Shown: positions 24,997-38,434 of the stretch, one piece after another
Layout of the letters: the number at the start of each line of letters is the position of its first letter
How positions within the stretch are numbered: position 1 is the first letter of the stretch
NCBI GenBank assembly: GCA_028023455.1
Contig: JAQFVV010000001.1
Location: forward strand, 30,194,001 to 30,258,000
Source of the DNA: Epiperipatus broadwayi
Taxonomy: Eukaryota; Animalia; Onychophora
Direction: 5' to 3'
DNA: 64,000 nt
Program-made: the position numbers and the translations under genes
Notes under the pieces: model-generated
Database searches by the model: none
Told to the model about the DNA's origin: nothing
What the model saw: the letters and a program-made list of their open reading frames with translations, nothing else

Positions 24997-27900
24997 ATTT
25001 TGCTAATTATATAATAAAAAGCTTTTCTCTAAATACGGTCATACATATATTTTGTATTACTAATATATGTTTCTGGTCTGCAATTATACTAACAATTACA
25101 ATAGCATCTTTGTACTCTTTTCCCTTCCAAAAATCAAAATCTTCAATATTATTTTCAAAGCATGTGGTATGTTAAGTTCATTGTTCTATATTCCTTGCAT
25201 TTAACTGCTTTCTTCTCAGAAGTCAGAATATTATAGTTTTCAAGAAGTTTTTAGACAAGTGTCTGCTATTATCTATCAAATTATGCAGTCTCACAATTTC
25301 CTTAACAGTAGACTCTTTGTATCCTTTTAACATTTCTGTAGATATTGTGTTAATACCAACAACTTCACCATTTTTCATTTTGTGCTTTTCTTCTCTTTCT
25401 TCATTATATCAACTTTTTGCTTAGTCTTTCTAATATATTATTCTCTCTCATTTTATTTTATTTATTAAAATGAAATATATTTACATAAAATTTTATTCTT
25501 ATCCTAAACCTTATTTCTCTTTTTATGCTGGAAAGATTTTCATAAATAATTTAAATATTTACAATTTCTTTGATTTTAAATATAATACAAAATAAGTTAA
25601 TGATAATAAAAGAAGAACAATTATATTTTATCAAATTATATATTTAAGTTGCTGAAAATATACTTTTTAATTTGAATTTTTTTTATTTCTCTATAATGTA
25701 AATTTTTTAGTCTTGTAAAAAAAATCCTGAGTGAAATCATTCCATCTTTTCAATATATCATCTTTATCACTTAATTTCTGTCCATTCTTGCCATCATCAA
25801 CTTTTTCTTTTTATTCCAGTTAATTCTTTCTTATTATCCCAATTAATGCTTTTGTCTTTCAGATGAGTTCATTATTAATTTTTCTATACAATTTTTACAT
25901 TGTTCCATCTTGTTTTTCCTTCTTTCATAACAATTCATTACCTAACTATTGCTTATTAGCCATCTTTAGTCAGTTAGTTCTTATTGCATTTCTTGCCACT
26001 TCCAATATTTTCTTTTTTATCTTATGCCAACATTTATCAGCTTATTCATTATTCCTCAATTTTAATAGTTTTTTAAATCATATTATCATGAATCTAAACT
26101 TTTACTTTCTCTCAATTTCTTCAAATTCCATCTTATATATTTGTTTGCTCTTTTTATTCTTTTTAAGCTGAACTTTAATTTTGCTATAATAATTTTATGA
26201 TCAAAATTTATATCAGCTCTAGGCAAAATATGAGATTCCTTAGTACCATTCTTATATCTTTCCTATATTAGTATATAGACTATCTGATATCTTTCCTCTT
26301 TTTATTATTTTTAAGCTTATCTTTAATTTTATTATAGTCCTATTATGATCAGAATTTATTTTAGCCACATGCAAAATATGAGATCCGTTAATAGCATTCC
26401 TATATTATTTTTTTCCAGGATTTTTTATATAGTCTTATCTGATATGTTTCTTTATCACCTAAGTATATCTATTTATATAACTGCTTTGAACGAATTTTGA
26501 ACAATGTATTTGTAACTACAAACTTATTTCTTCTACAAAAAATTTATAAACCAATCACCTATATTACTTTCTTTTTCAAATACTACAGTTCCTCACAATT
26601 TTGCCTTATTTATCTTTTTCTCACAAATGCATTCCAATCATCCAATAATAATATGTACATATTTTTATCCTCTTTTGTGTTTTTTTTTTCCACATTTTCA
26701 TACTGTTCATTAATTTTTTTCATTATCATGACTGATAAATTGCACAAGTATCAAATCCCTGGATTTTGCAGATATTTTTTGTCATGTTTCTATCTTCAAC
26801 ACAATCTCATTCTTATACAATATTCAATATTTTTTTGCTAATGATAATATCAAATCTGTTTATTGCCTTATTCCTACTAGGATACTGCATTACTTCCTCA
26901 CTTTTTTCTTTACCATACTGTTTCATCCATTTCACTTAATCCCACAATATCTATTTTATTTATTGTAATTTCTCATTTTAAGCTTTTCATTGTTTAGTAC
27001 TCTTCAGTGATCTCACATTCTATGCACCAACTGTTAATGTCCTTTTCTCTTTTAGATCATCATCTTTATAGAATTTGGTAGGATGATAAATTGATGATTT
27101 TCTTTTTTCTTGCTGGCTGAGATATTCAAACCTTTTTTTTTCGGGGGGACAAGGTGCCCAGTGCCTATATTACTTAATTTGGTATTTAGGTTCATAATAT
27201 ATATATATATGTATGAGAATTATGTGGCAAAATGGTTTGCCATTGTCTTTACTGCCCAATACTACCCTTTTTGTATAGGCTCAGATTATTCATTTAACAC
27301 TTTTTTTTTCACCTTTGTCATTCCTAATAATATTTTGCCAATTCATAGGAATGCTGTTGCTGATCAAGCAACAAACAATGCATTAACTTATTGCATGACA
27401 GACATCTTTCATTATTAAACAGTGGCCATTATTTACAGAATTGTAGGTGCATCTATTTCCACTACCACTTCCTGGTAGCAATTGCCATTTCATTGTCAAT
27501 ACTTGGTTATTTACTTCCTTTCTCAGCTAATTCACAGCTAGCTTTCATATAAGGTCATTCCATTATCCATAATCCTGGGAACCATGTCAGTAACATTGGA
27601 CTGTCTGAAGATTTTGATGAAAAATACAAATAATGGTAAGTTTTTTTAAAAAAAATTGCATGAAATTTACAGTTGAATTTAGAAAGGAGATAAGTTGTAT
27701 GAATAATGTTCTTTTTTTAATATGTTAAAGAGACATAAATGACGAAATGTACAAATGCAGAAAAAATTTTTTTGAAATAGTAAACTTAATTGCATTGGTG
27801 AATATTTGAAAAAAAAAAAAATTAAATGAAGTATTTATTAAAATAAGATAATAATTCAATCATCTATTTGAGAAATGGAATTATTTTATTTTTTTAATTG

Positions 27901-28061
27901 TATAGAAGTTATTCTAGGAAAAATATTTAAAAGTTTAAATTTGTAAAATTGTTTTAAGTGGATTAAATAAGTTGATGCTATGAAATAATAGTGAAATCAA
28001 ATATAATGAAATGTTAAGAAAATTGTTGATAATCATCAACAAGTAATGCTTGACTAAGCAA

Positions 28062-28133
28062 GCATTGGTGGCCTAGTGTTTAGCATAGCTGCCTTCCAGG
28101 CAATTGGCCTCAGTTTGCTTCTCAGTCAATGCA
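28062..28133 (+). pseudogene. tRNA-Gly(TCC) pseudogene / retroposed copy
   Basis: GCATTGGTGGCCTAGTGTTTAGCATAGCTGCCTTCCAGGCAATTGG...CAATGCA aligns with eukaryotic tRNA-Gly-TCC; T-arm/B-box degenerate; (TA)n tail and aatgcttgacYaag flanking repeats. Confidence 0.8.
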
Positions 28134-30866
28134 TTTGACATATATATATATATATATATAAAGGAATGCTTGACCAAGTGTGTCCTATTGTGATGTTGAC
28201 TTATCAAAGGCTAAGTATTGCTTTTAATCCAAGCAATCGTTTTATATCGTTGTGATTTTTTGTCATTGTAGTTTTTTTTTTTACCTTACTGTCTTTAATC
28301 ACGTGGATTGGTATATGGCCTGACAGTCTTAAGTTTCTTATGGCATCATTAATTGCTCTACTGCATGACCAAACTATGATAATAAATTATATATTTGGGC
28401 AATCATTTTTTCATCTTTGAATTATAAATAATTCTGTTATCACTATTTTTTTTTGTATGTAATTATGCTGCCAGTGAGAAAAATAGTAATGGGATAGGTT
28501 TATTAGACTGTGAGTTTTTAATTATGAGATTGCATAAAATTGCTTGGAAATGGATTTACAACAAGAGCTTCATTCAGCAAATGATTGCATGCTTGGGCGT
28601 TCTTCTTTTATTACAAAAGTTATTATAACATTGAAAATTAGATTTAATAATAGCATGGTAAAATTTGACAACAGATTTGGGACTGCTTGCTTATTTAAGC
28701 ATTAGAAATAAATACACTTTTTTTTTTAATTCTTACTTTATAATAGGAATTTATAGTTCCAAGGAAAACGATTTTTTTATCAGATAATTAATTAATTGAA
28801 TAATTAAAGATGTTCCCATGAGATGTAATTCATCTCCAGTCTTCTCAAATTGGACATCTAAGTTCTCTTTAATACATATTCTATTATTTTACAAAGAAAT
28901 TTGATAAATTAGAAAAATGCTTAAATTTGAAGGTAAATTGACATTTAGCTATCCAAATAAATTATGGGAAAAAAAAGGCTTTGTGTGCCTTTTGTTGAAG
29001 AGATTAAAAAATGATTTCAATATTTGGCTGAATTTTTGTTATGAAGAACTCAACATATTTTTTAAATTGTTAAAAAAGGAACCAAAAGTCCATTAAGTAT
29101 GTTGCTATTTCATCATTGATCATCATTATTGCATAACTTACATGTCTATTGAATGACCAAAGCTTTCAGTCATTAAGAAAATTATGATGACAGAATATTT
29201 GTGACTTGAATTTCTGTATTGATAAAAGAAAATTTTAAAAGCACATGCTCCACGCATATTTATAAATATTTTAGACTGTTTTATATTCCACATTTATATT
29301 TTATTCCAAATTTTTGTAGAATAAGAGTTAAATGATAAATAGTTTCTAATGGTGAAGTTATTAGTAATGTGAGTATGAGGCAGTCATCTTTTAATGAGAA
29401 AAATGGCGAATTGAATATAATCTATATATTAATATTAAACTGAGAGTTTTAGTTTTAGCTTATTCTCATAAAAGATCCTGCAGTGGTAAATTGTGCTAGA
29501 GTTAGGTTCTTCATTCCAAAAACATTCTAATTACAAAATAATTATTTGCAATTGTATCTTAAAAGTTTGTTTTTAAAACAAATGGAAAAGAAAAAAATAT
29601 GGTGACAGTTTTAATGTCTGAGTATGATTGCATTTTTTTTTTGTTCAGAGTATAATTCTTTCATATAAAAGCTAAATTGCTAACAGATCATATCAGTTTA
29701 TTTGTTATTATTTTTTAAGTTCATACAAAATATGAAAGTAACATATTTCAATTCTATGCTAAACATTAAATCTTATAATATCATCAGAAAAACATCCTAC
29801 CTTCCTAAAATTCTATGCAAAGAAGATGTGAATTTGATAATGCAAAATTTCTTCTTATAGATATAATAAACACCTCCATACTTTCCCATTCTTTTTAAAT
29901 TCATTTAAATAAAGATATAATAAAAGGCATATGACCTCCAAGATGCATTTCATGCTGAACCTGCACTCATCAGTTGGTCCATCTCATAAATATCTTTATT
30001 ATATGAAAAGTATTTATCTAGAGCAAATTGCTACATTTTCATTTACCATTGTCAAACTTCCTCCACTCACAACTTTGACCCCATCCATTTCAGATAAATA
30101 CAATAATGATTATTACTAATCATTTTCGAAATTAGAAATTGTCTCTAGCACAGATATAAACTTTAAACCTCAGTTAAAGATTAATATATCTGATTTTTTT
30201 ATTTTACACACAGATGGAGTTATTAACTTTACTCTTTCCCATGTGTAATATCTTATAGATATAATAAACACAGCTTTAAATAATTATTGAATTGTACATT
30301 TCAGATTATATGTAATAATTGGATTGATAAACTTCCAAAGCAGTGCAGCTGGATTAATATAACTTCTGCTAATATTAAAATAATCATATTACAAATGAAT
30401 AATGAATTCATTTTCATCTGCTTATAAAAGCTGTTATATGGACATAGATCACACATCTAATATTTGCCCTAATAAAAATATCATTATCAGATCTATATCC
30501 ATATAAGAGCTTGGACAAACAGATGAAAGTAGATATTTTTTTCATTTGCAATGTAAATTACTGTGATACTAGAAATTGTATTATTGTAACTAGTTTTTTG
30601 GAAGTTTATCTATCTAATTGATACATTTATATGCATTAATTTTTAATTTAATAATAACAATTATAACCTAAAAATATTTTGGTAATTAAATAATAAAATC
30701 CATTTTAATAATAATAAAAAGAAAATTAATTTGCCAATTTTTTTGAAAATTTGTATTAGTTTAACATATAAATCAGATATAATATTTTGCTTAAATTTAC
30801 AAAAAAATAAAGTCAGATATCACATGACCTAATTTAATAAGCTTGTATTATAAATGTTATATATAA

Positions 30867-31216
30867 AGCTTGCAAATAAGTTCTTAACAAGCTTTGCAGA
30901 ATATCCCCAATCCCAGACCGGTGTCTGCTTCTGGCGTCCTCAGTGAGGTGCTAGGATATTCAAGCATAAAGCTATTAATATATGGAGTATCAGAACTTAG
31001 TTCATTGCCATATGGCTATTTAAGTTAGATAGCTGGGTTGGAAGACATATAGATGTCTGAAAATTTCAGATTTTTTACTTAATAATTATACATTAGATAA
31101 AGTGCTGGGCTTGTCCTGGTATTTTTAATCTAATGCTTGAATATCCTAGCACCTCTCTGAGGATGTCAGAAGCAGAAACTGGTCTGGGGTTGGGGATTTG
31201 TGAGCATTTGCAAGCT
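30867..31216. mobile_element. Inverted PLE-like terminal-repeat pair, each arm with a hammerhead motif
   Basis: Arms about 30867-30970 and 31134-31216 are reverse complements; + arm reads CCUCU-CUGAGGA-UGUCAGAAGCA-GAAACUGGUC-UGGGG (core 31157-31163). Confidence 0.75.
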
Positions 31217-32119
31217 CTTTATATAATAATATTTTGCTATTGAAATCTCATATCAGTTGAGTTTTCCTTGTATAAATGGTCAGCTTAGTGTTTTTTTAAT
31301 TTAAGATAAGTATTTATCATATTATTTTTCTTACAAAAGCTTTAAGTGAAAGACTTTCTATTCTGTGTAAAAATTATTATATCTTATATTCAAAATCTAT
31401 TTAAATATGAACTATAGAATTTCATATTAAAGAGGTTTGATCTAAAATAGTAGATGAAATAATTTTCAACCACTACTATACAAACAGGATAGTTTTTTTT
31501 TGTTTTTGACCAATCAAAAAAGTTGAATTATTTATGATTATTTTTATTTTTTAGATAGATTATTGTTTTATGTACAAAGTATATATATAATCAAACATAT
31601 TTTTATCTATTTAGCTACTTGTTAATCTTTTTAGATTTCAGTTTTAAAGATTTAAGTTTGTATCGTTAAATATTGCCTTGAGCTTATAATTTACTGATAT
31701 CTTATAATATTGACAATATTTTGCTTGGAGATATTGCAAATTAAAATAGCGGTATTTAAAACAAGGATTGTGTGATTTTTGATTTTATCATTTATTTAAT
31801 CTTTTTTTTTTTTAAATATCTTTTTGGCAGCATAAAAAATTAATCTTTTTCTCTTTTTTTTAATACAAATTTTTCATTCATTTATTTGCTTTTGGAATTC
31901 CACTTAATTTCATAGAAAATGATGGGTCTTTATTTGAAATAAATGACTTGCTGAATTAATGAATATATATATATTAAAAAAAGTTGTATTTAGGATTATG
32001 TAAATATTGATACACGTGTGTGTTTGTTAGACTTAATTTTCCTAAATAATTAAACTAAAAAAATTCAATCCAAGTAAGTATTTGTTGGCAATAATCAGAA
32101 ATAATAATCATAGATGTAT

Positions 32120-32665
32120 TACTTGATATAATTTATGAGGCAAATGAAAACATATTTCACTTTTATTGATATGAAACTCATACACATGATTAGGAGAAAA
32201 ATAACGAAATATGCCTATATGTTTGTTTTTAACAAATATATTTTACCAGTTTTTGCTTATGGATCCGAGAATTGGACACTTAATAGAAAAGAAATACAGA
32301 TTTCAGACCACTCAAAGAAGTATGGAGAGATGCATATTAGGAGTAACGAGATGAGATTTAAAAAAATACAATGCATGGGTAAAAGAACTAGCAGGTATTA
32401 CTGACATCATTGAAAGGATTAAAATATTGAAGTGGAGTTGGGTTGGACATATTGCTAGAAGAGAAGATAATAGATGGATAGTTAAAATCTTAAACTGGAT
32501 TTTAAGGGACTGTAAAAGACCCAGAAAGAGACCACATGCGAGATGGATGGATGAAATAACAAAGTGTGCAGGGGTGATATGGAGAAAAGCTAGAGGTCTG
32601 AGAAGATAGATTGAACTTGGAGAGACCTTTATCCTGCAGTGGATTGATAATGGATGATGATGATC
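32120..32665 (+). mobile_element. 5'-truncated RTE LINE 3' end (same family as 56775-60059)
   Basis: VFNKYILPVFAYGSENWTL and KWSWVGHIARREDNRW...RKRPHARWMDEI, ending in a (GAT)n tail. Confidence 0.9.
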
Positions 32666-33299
32666 GGCTTTCAATCATTTAAATAAATTTATAATAGATT
32701 TAATTTATATATGTGGAAAAATTAAAATGGGATCTCAGTAAAGATAGTGAAGGAGAAAAGAATAACACATAGTTTGATGAAATTATCAAAAGTAAAATAT
32801 GATTAAAGAATATATCAATTTAACAATATTTGTAATCTTATAAAATTTAACTGTAATAAAGAATTAAATAACCAAAAGATAAATGATACTTTTTAACATG
32901 TAGTCTTATTTATTCAAGATGTAGAAAAGTTTTAACCATATTTTAGAATGTTTGAATTAATTTTTTATCTGTAGGGGGAAAAAAGAAAGAGAAAGTTATG
33001 CAAAATACTAAATATTTAACTTGAAAAGTAAATACAGTATATATTAGATTCTTTTCTTTAAATGCATTCTAAAATTAAAATAAAAAAAACAATTATTATG
33101 ATAAAAGTTTAAGTAAGAAAGTACTAATATAAATGTATTTAATTTTAGTATTTAGGATTGTCATGAAAGAGAAGTAATTTATTCAAGAATATTAATTTAA
33201 AAAAGATTATAAACTGTATTCAATAAATTTATTATTATGTACTATTATTTATAATAGTTTTTGTTACTTTCTTAAAGAACTGATCTATAATAATAATCT

Positions 33300-34900
33300 G
33301 AATCTGACAGCCATAATAGTATAGGTTAATTATCTAGATGCCAAGAGTATGGCAAACTGTCCTTAAAACAAATATTAAGTAAAAAAATGATGACTTGGGA
33401 TATTAGAGGTTGAAAGTTTTTTCTATTTAGGCACTTATTAATAAAAATTGACTGCAATGAAAGATATTGGAAATAGGTTAAAATATGACTAGAATTTTCT
33501 TTTTCAGTTTGTAGAATATTTAGTCTACAGAACTGAAAATGAATTTAATTAGCATATAATCCTAATAACTTTTTTTTAAAATATGGATATGAATTTTGAA
33601 AGATGTATCATTAAGTAATTGATAAGCTACATTCATTTATCAATAGTTTTCTAGTTATTTTGGTTGTATGGTGATTGGTAATAATATCACTTGAGGAAAA
33701 ATAGAAGATAGTCATCCCAAAATGTATTTATCTTGATTTTAAATATTTTTTCTTGTTAATCTTCTATGCTTTGATTTTATTAAGAAATAAGTAAATAATA
33801 ATATCACAAATTGATATTCAAACTAAAATAAGAAATATAAAATTAATAATATAAATTCTAGAGTATAGAGAGTTAAAAATAATTGTTCGAATTCAGATGA
33901 AACAAAAAGCAAGTAAATCTAATAATAAATGAATTAAAAAATAATAATATCCCAACAAAGATTATAAAATATAATATAAAATCAATTGAAAATGAAATAA
34001 ATGGTATTAAAATTCTAAAAATTCAATTAGAAACAACAATAAATATATTAGAAATAAAAATTTATAATAAGAAATATAAATAAGATTTAAATGAGTTAAA
34101 AAAATAACAATAAAATAATAAATTTTAAAGTAATAAATAAAAAAAAGCAAAATATACTTGATGTATTAGATAATAAATATTTAAAAAAATAATAATGAAA
34201 ATATTAAAAACTATATGAATGGAGTTTATGAGATAAGATACAGAAATGGTTAGATAAATAATATTAAAAGCAATCACATAAATGAAATGAAAAAATCAAC
34301 TAATACAAACTGAAACCATATAAATTGAATAAAAGATATATATGTAATAGAAACAGGCCAAAAATTTGAATAAAATAGTATATAAATGATATGCTATACT
34401 TATAAAAAAAAAAAGAAATAAATATGAATTGGAAAAAATAAAGTTTAAACATAGATTTAGGCGTAAAAGCATTATTAATTTAATGAAATAAAAAATAGTA
34501 GTAATATTATAAATTGGTAATACTACTAATAATAGTTAAATAAGGAAAAAAGAAGGAAATAATTACAAAAAGTAAATATATAATGAAGTATAATATAGTG
34601 CAAAAATACTTTTAAAAATTTAGAAGTTTACAACAATTTGGCAGAGAATGTTTTAAAAGACAGATAATCTAAAAAAAAAAAAAATTAAAAAATCAAAAAT
34701 TAAGAAATATGTAATTAAAAGATAATAAATATAAAATTGGCCATATAAATGTAATATATATAATTATAAGAAAATAAGACCAGAATAATGTGTATAATTA
34801 ATATTAAATAAAACAATGGAAAATAAATTTAAGATCAAATATAATTATAAAAGTATATGTATTTTTTTGTATAAAATTGAGAATGATGTATATTTTTAAG
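33300..34900 (+). mobile_element. Extremely decayed LINE RT-like remnant
   Basis: A-rich strand bias with only vestigial RT-like motifs; family not assignable. Confidence 0.25.
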
Positions 34901-35195
34901 AATATTTTTTTTTTTTTTTTTTGCATCATGTGCATTTAAATAAATTTATAGCTCTTACAAGACTACTGGTTAGTTGAAACTGTAAGGAAAGAAAATAAAT
35001 ATAGAACTTTTTTTTTGCATTGAATAAAGTATAAAGGAAAGAAGCTATTAATATATTATATTGGACATTAAATGATAATGGCAAGAAATGATGGCTACAT
35101 GCTATAAAAAACAAATGTTAATGCTTAGTTGAAATAGTAGCAGAATGAAACGGAGTATTTTTGTATATTGACATTTAATATTCTTAATGTTGTAC

Positions 35196-37595
35196 CAGGG
35201 GTTCTCAACCTTTTTTATGCCCGCACACCTAAAAAAATTTAATATGTTATCACACTCCTTAAAGTAATAAGTTATTTAAGAATAAAAGTAAAGGGACCAA
35301 AACAAATTTGTATAATCAATTTTTAATAATATATAAAAACATATGGGCAAGAAAAAAATATTTCAACAAATTAAATGTTGCATAAACCCACAAAAAAATT
35401 AAATTTTCATCCATGCATGAAATTTCTTTAAAAAAATTATAACTAATCTTCAAATATTCATAAGCCACTTTAAATTTAATGAATCTTTTGTTCCTGTTTA
35501 TTGCAAAAAAGTTTTTCAAAATGCAGCACTTTGTTATTGATAGCAATTTGCATGTGTGCACCCAAGCAATTTTAGATTTTGTCTTTAATGATAAAAGAAC
35601 ACTAAATCCCGATTCGCAGAAGTATGTTGTCATGAATGGGATGAGCACAGTTAGTGCTTTTTCACAAAGTTTTGGAAACATGCCATTGTTGGCCAATATT
35701 GTTTCAAAGTTTTGCTTTCAAACTGTCTTTCAAGAACACGATTTGTGCGCAGTTCAAAAAGATCTTCCTTTAACTCTTTATCATCTGACATATCCAAATT
35801 GATGGAGTATGGATGAAATTTCCAGTTCTCCTCCAAAATATCCATCAAATGACTTTGGTAGTATTTCCAATTGATCGACAATTTCTTCATAGACACTTGG
35901 AATTAGAGACTCATCATCATCAACCATTTCTTTGAATGATGGAAAATTTGAAAGATTTCCTTTTTTAATTTGTTGACACCAAAGATGTAACCTTTCTTGG
36001 AAAGCATGTAACTTTTCCCAGCATTTCAATATGTTTACATTTTTTCCTTGGATAGATACACTCAAGTCATTCATATAAGTAAATATATCACTCAAATAGA
36101 CTAGCATTTGATTGAATTCTTGTGATTCCATTCCTCTGGGCTGTTCATGGTGACATTTATTCATAAAAGCTTTGACTTCTTCTTGAAGTTCAAAGAAGCA
36201 CACTAAAGCTTTCCCATGTGACAGCCAGTGGACTTTGGTCTGTAAAATTAAAACTGAATGCTCACTTCTAAAATCTTCACAAAGCGACTTATTAAAGGGG
36301 CTGTGGTTCAGAGCATGACTCTAATCCAGTTGATGATTTCCACTGAAGTGTCCAGGACTTTTTTCCAACTTTGGAGGCAATGTTTTGATGCCAAAGCATG
36401 TCAATGAAGAAAACAATGGGTACTGTGCAAGTGTGGAATCTCTTGTTTCATCAGTGTAAAAAATTCTGATTTATTTTTAGCATAGCAGGGGTACTATCGG
36501 TACACATAGAATCAATACTTTGGATATCTAAATCATATTTTGCAAATAAGTATTTTACATTCTGGAAGACGTCTTTTCCTTTTGTGATTGTTTTCAGATC
36601 TTCACAAAAACAGGAAATATTCCATTATGACACTATCATGGACTTGCTTTACTAATGTGTTGAATTGATTACTGTTTGCAACATCAGTTGTTTTGTCCAA
36701 CTGGAGAGAGATTTTCAAGAAACTAGCCCTGAGATCTGTCATAACTTGGTCCAAAATGTCCAAACTCAAATCATCAATTCGGCTCTAAATGTTTGAGGGT
36801 TTTTTTTCCCAGACAATTGTTGTTGCCATTTCTAATGCACATGATTTTATCAGCTCTTCTGTAATTGTATAAGGCTTCCTGAATTTGGCTACTTTATACA
36901 TCACATGATATGAAACCATCAGCAGTGAATTGACAGCAGATATAGAACCTAAATTTTGGAAGAGTTGCTGAGGAATCAAAGTGGGGCCCTTTTAGCTTTC
37001 AATAATTCAACATCATAGCCTACAATATCTGCTCCACCATGCCAGTTGTTGAAGGGTCCCAACAGTTTAGATGGCTTCACATTTGCATTTGAAAAGACAG
37101 TGGTCCAAAGTATGCACATGGGTTTTTTCATTCCATTCCTTTTTTTTTTTTTTTTGACATAATGATGGTTTGATTAATAACTTCAGAATTATAATCTGAA
37201 AAAAAAATAAGGATAAAGTAAATAACAATAAGTAAGATAACATTAAGTATAATGACTATTTACTAAAGACATTAGAGAAATGAGCATACTGAATCAACAA
37301 TCCACTGACTACCATAGCATCATGCATGGATTTATAATACTCTGCAAAACATTTTAGAGCATTCTCAAATATATGTCACATGATATCATTGATTAATTCT
37401 TAATATTTCTAGAGGTTTCTAAAAGCACGATTACGTGAATACATTAGACAAATAAATGATGAATAAAAATCAAACATAATTCTTGAATATATAGGACAGT
37501 TACCCTTAATATAAACAAACTGAAATATCCCGCACCTTCTGGCATGCCATCTTTCACCCCCAAGGAGTGTGAGCATTCCTGGTTGGGAAACCCTG
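35196..37595 (-). mobile_element. Decayed hAT (Charlie/Buster-type) DNA transposon
   Basis: TIRs CAGGGGTTCTCAACC / GGTTGGGAAACCCTG; TSD-like tgttgtac / tattatac (6 of 8). Broken transposase with KPSKL, KPYTITEELIK, HALASK, WLSHGKAL..FFELQEEV, YLSDIF..MNDLS..QG and IPFMTTYFCESGFS. Confidence 0.92.
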
Positions 37596-38434
37596 TATTA
37601 TACTGTTTATAAAACATATATAAAACTACATATTAAAAAGTATTAATAAACACAAGTTATGAATTATAAAAATGAAAAATTAACATTTATTTTCCCTTTT
37701 TTTTTTGGGGGGGGGGGATAATATGTGTCTGTAACATTATATTTTCAAATTTTTAGTGCACTTAGAAATCAGTTTATTTTTGTTATTAGATTTCTAATAT
37801 TAGTTATACAGATTAGTTGAGAATTGTTCACATTTAAAGTTAAGTATGTGGCTTATCCCTTTTTTTTTAAATGGCTGTAGTAATAACAAAGCAAAGTTAC
37901 ATGATTTTTTTGTCTCTTTAAAACTGCAAGCACTTTTTTTTTGTTTTGAAAAATTGAAATGCACAACAATTTTCATCTCATTCCTTAAATCTTTATTTAT
38001 ACTAGTGAATTTTCCTTGAATCTTTACATTATTAAATTCTTCTTTTGGTTTTAATTGATTACTAACTATTTTTAAAAATAATAATTCAATCAATATTTGT
38101 TTTAAAAACTTTCATTTATTGTGTGTCTAAGCAACAATTAATATTGTGAATATTAAAACATTTTTTTTTTGTTTTTAATATTTTAACTATTTTTACAATT
38201 TTTTTCAAGGATTAAACAATATAAAACATTACAAAGATATTATATGCTTGAAAAAATAGAAAAAATAAGATATTATATGTTTACCATTTGGCAATGCAAT
38301 GATTATTCATCTTTCCACAAGATGTTAAAAGTGAATAGAATCAGTCTTTAGTTTTTATCTGAAGAACAATTTGGATTTTTTTATATCTTAAGAAATTGTA
38401 AGATATTTTAAAAATGTAAGGGAAATTAATATTT

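Larger units (their letters stand above)
21456..25070 (+). mobile_element. Near-complete decayed Penelope-like element with two direct pLTRs
   Basis: pLTRs at about 21456-21640 and 24880-25070. Internal PLE RT motifs KEDKGN, IFANIKLHKIQPP, LASLYITELY, GLPMSS, YMDD, then LINNTKD...IIYRIGC and SLSKK, homologous to the 14.1-14.8 kb copy. Confidence 0.85.
21050..27050 (-). mobile_element. Decayed APE-RT LINE (RTE/L2-like), split by a PLE at about 21455-25070
   Basis: Minus-strand fragments QGCCISPVFLDIYL (21145-21342), STKDAIVIVSII (about 25080-25120), and an INKIDIVG endonuclease start near 26950; many stops. Confidence 0.55.

Noticed and set aside
27527-27635. Possible cryptic or poison exon (tttctcag acceptor, G|GTAAGT donor)
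   Set aside because: Has in-frame stops and no homology; a few GGTAAGT sites are expected by chance in 64 kb; needs RNA-seq support.
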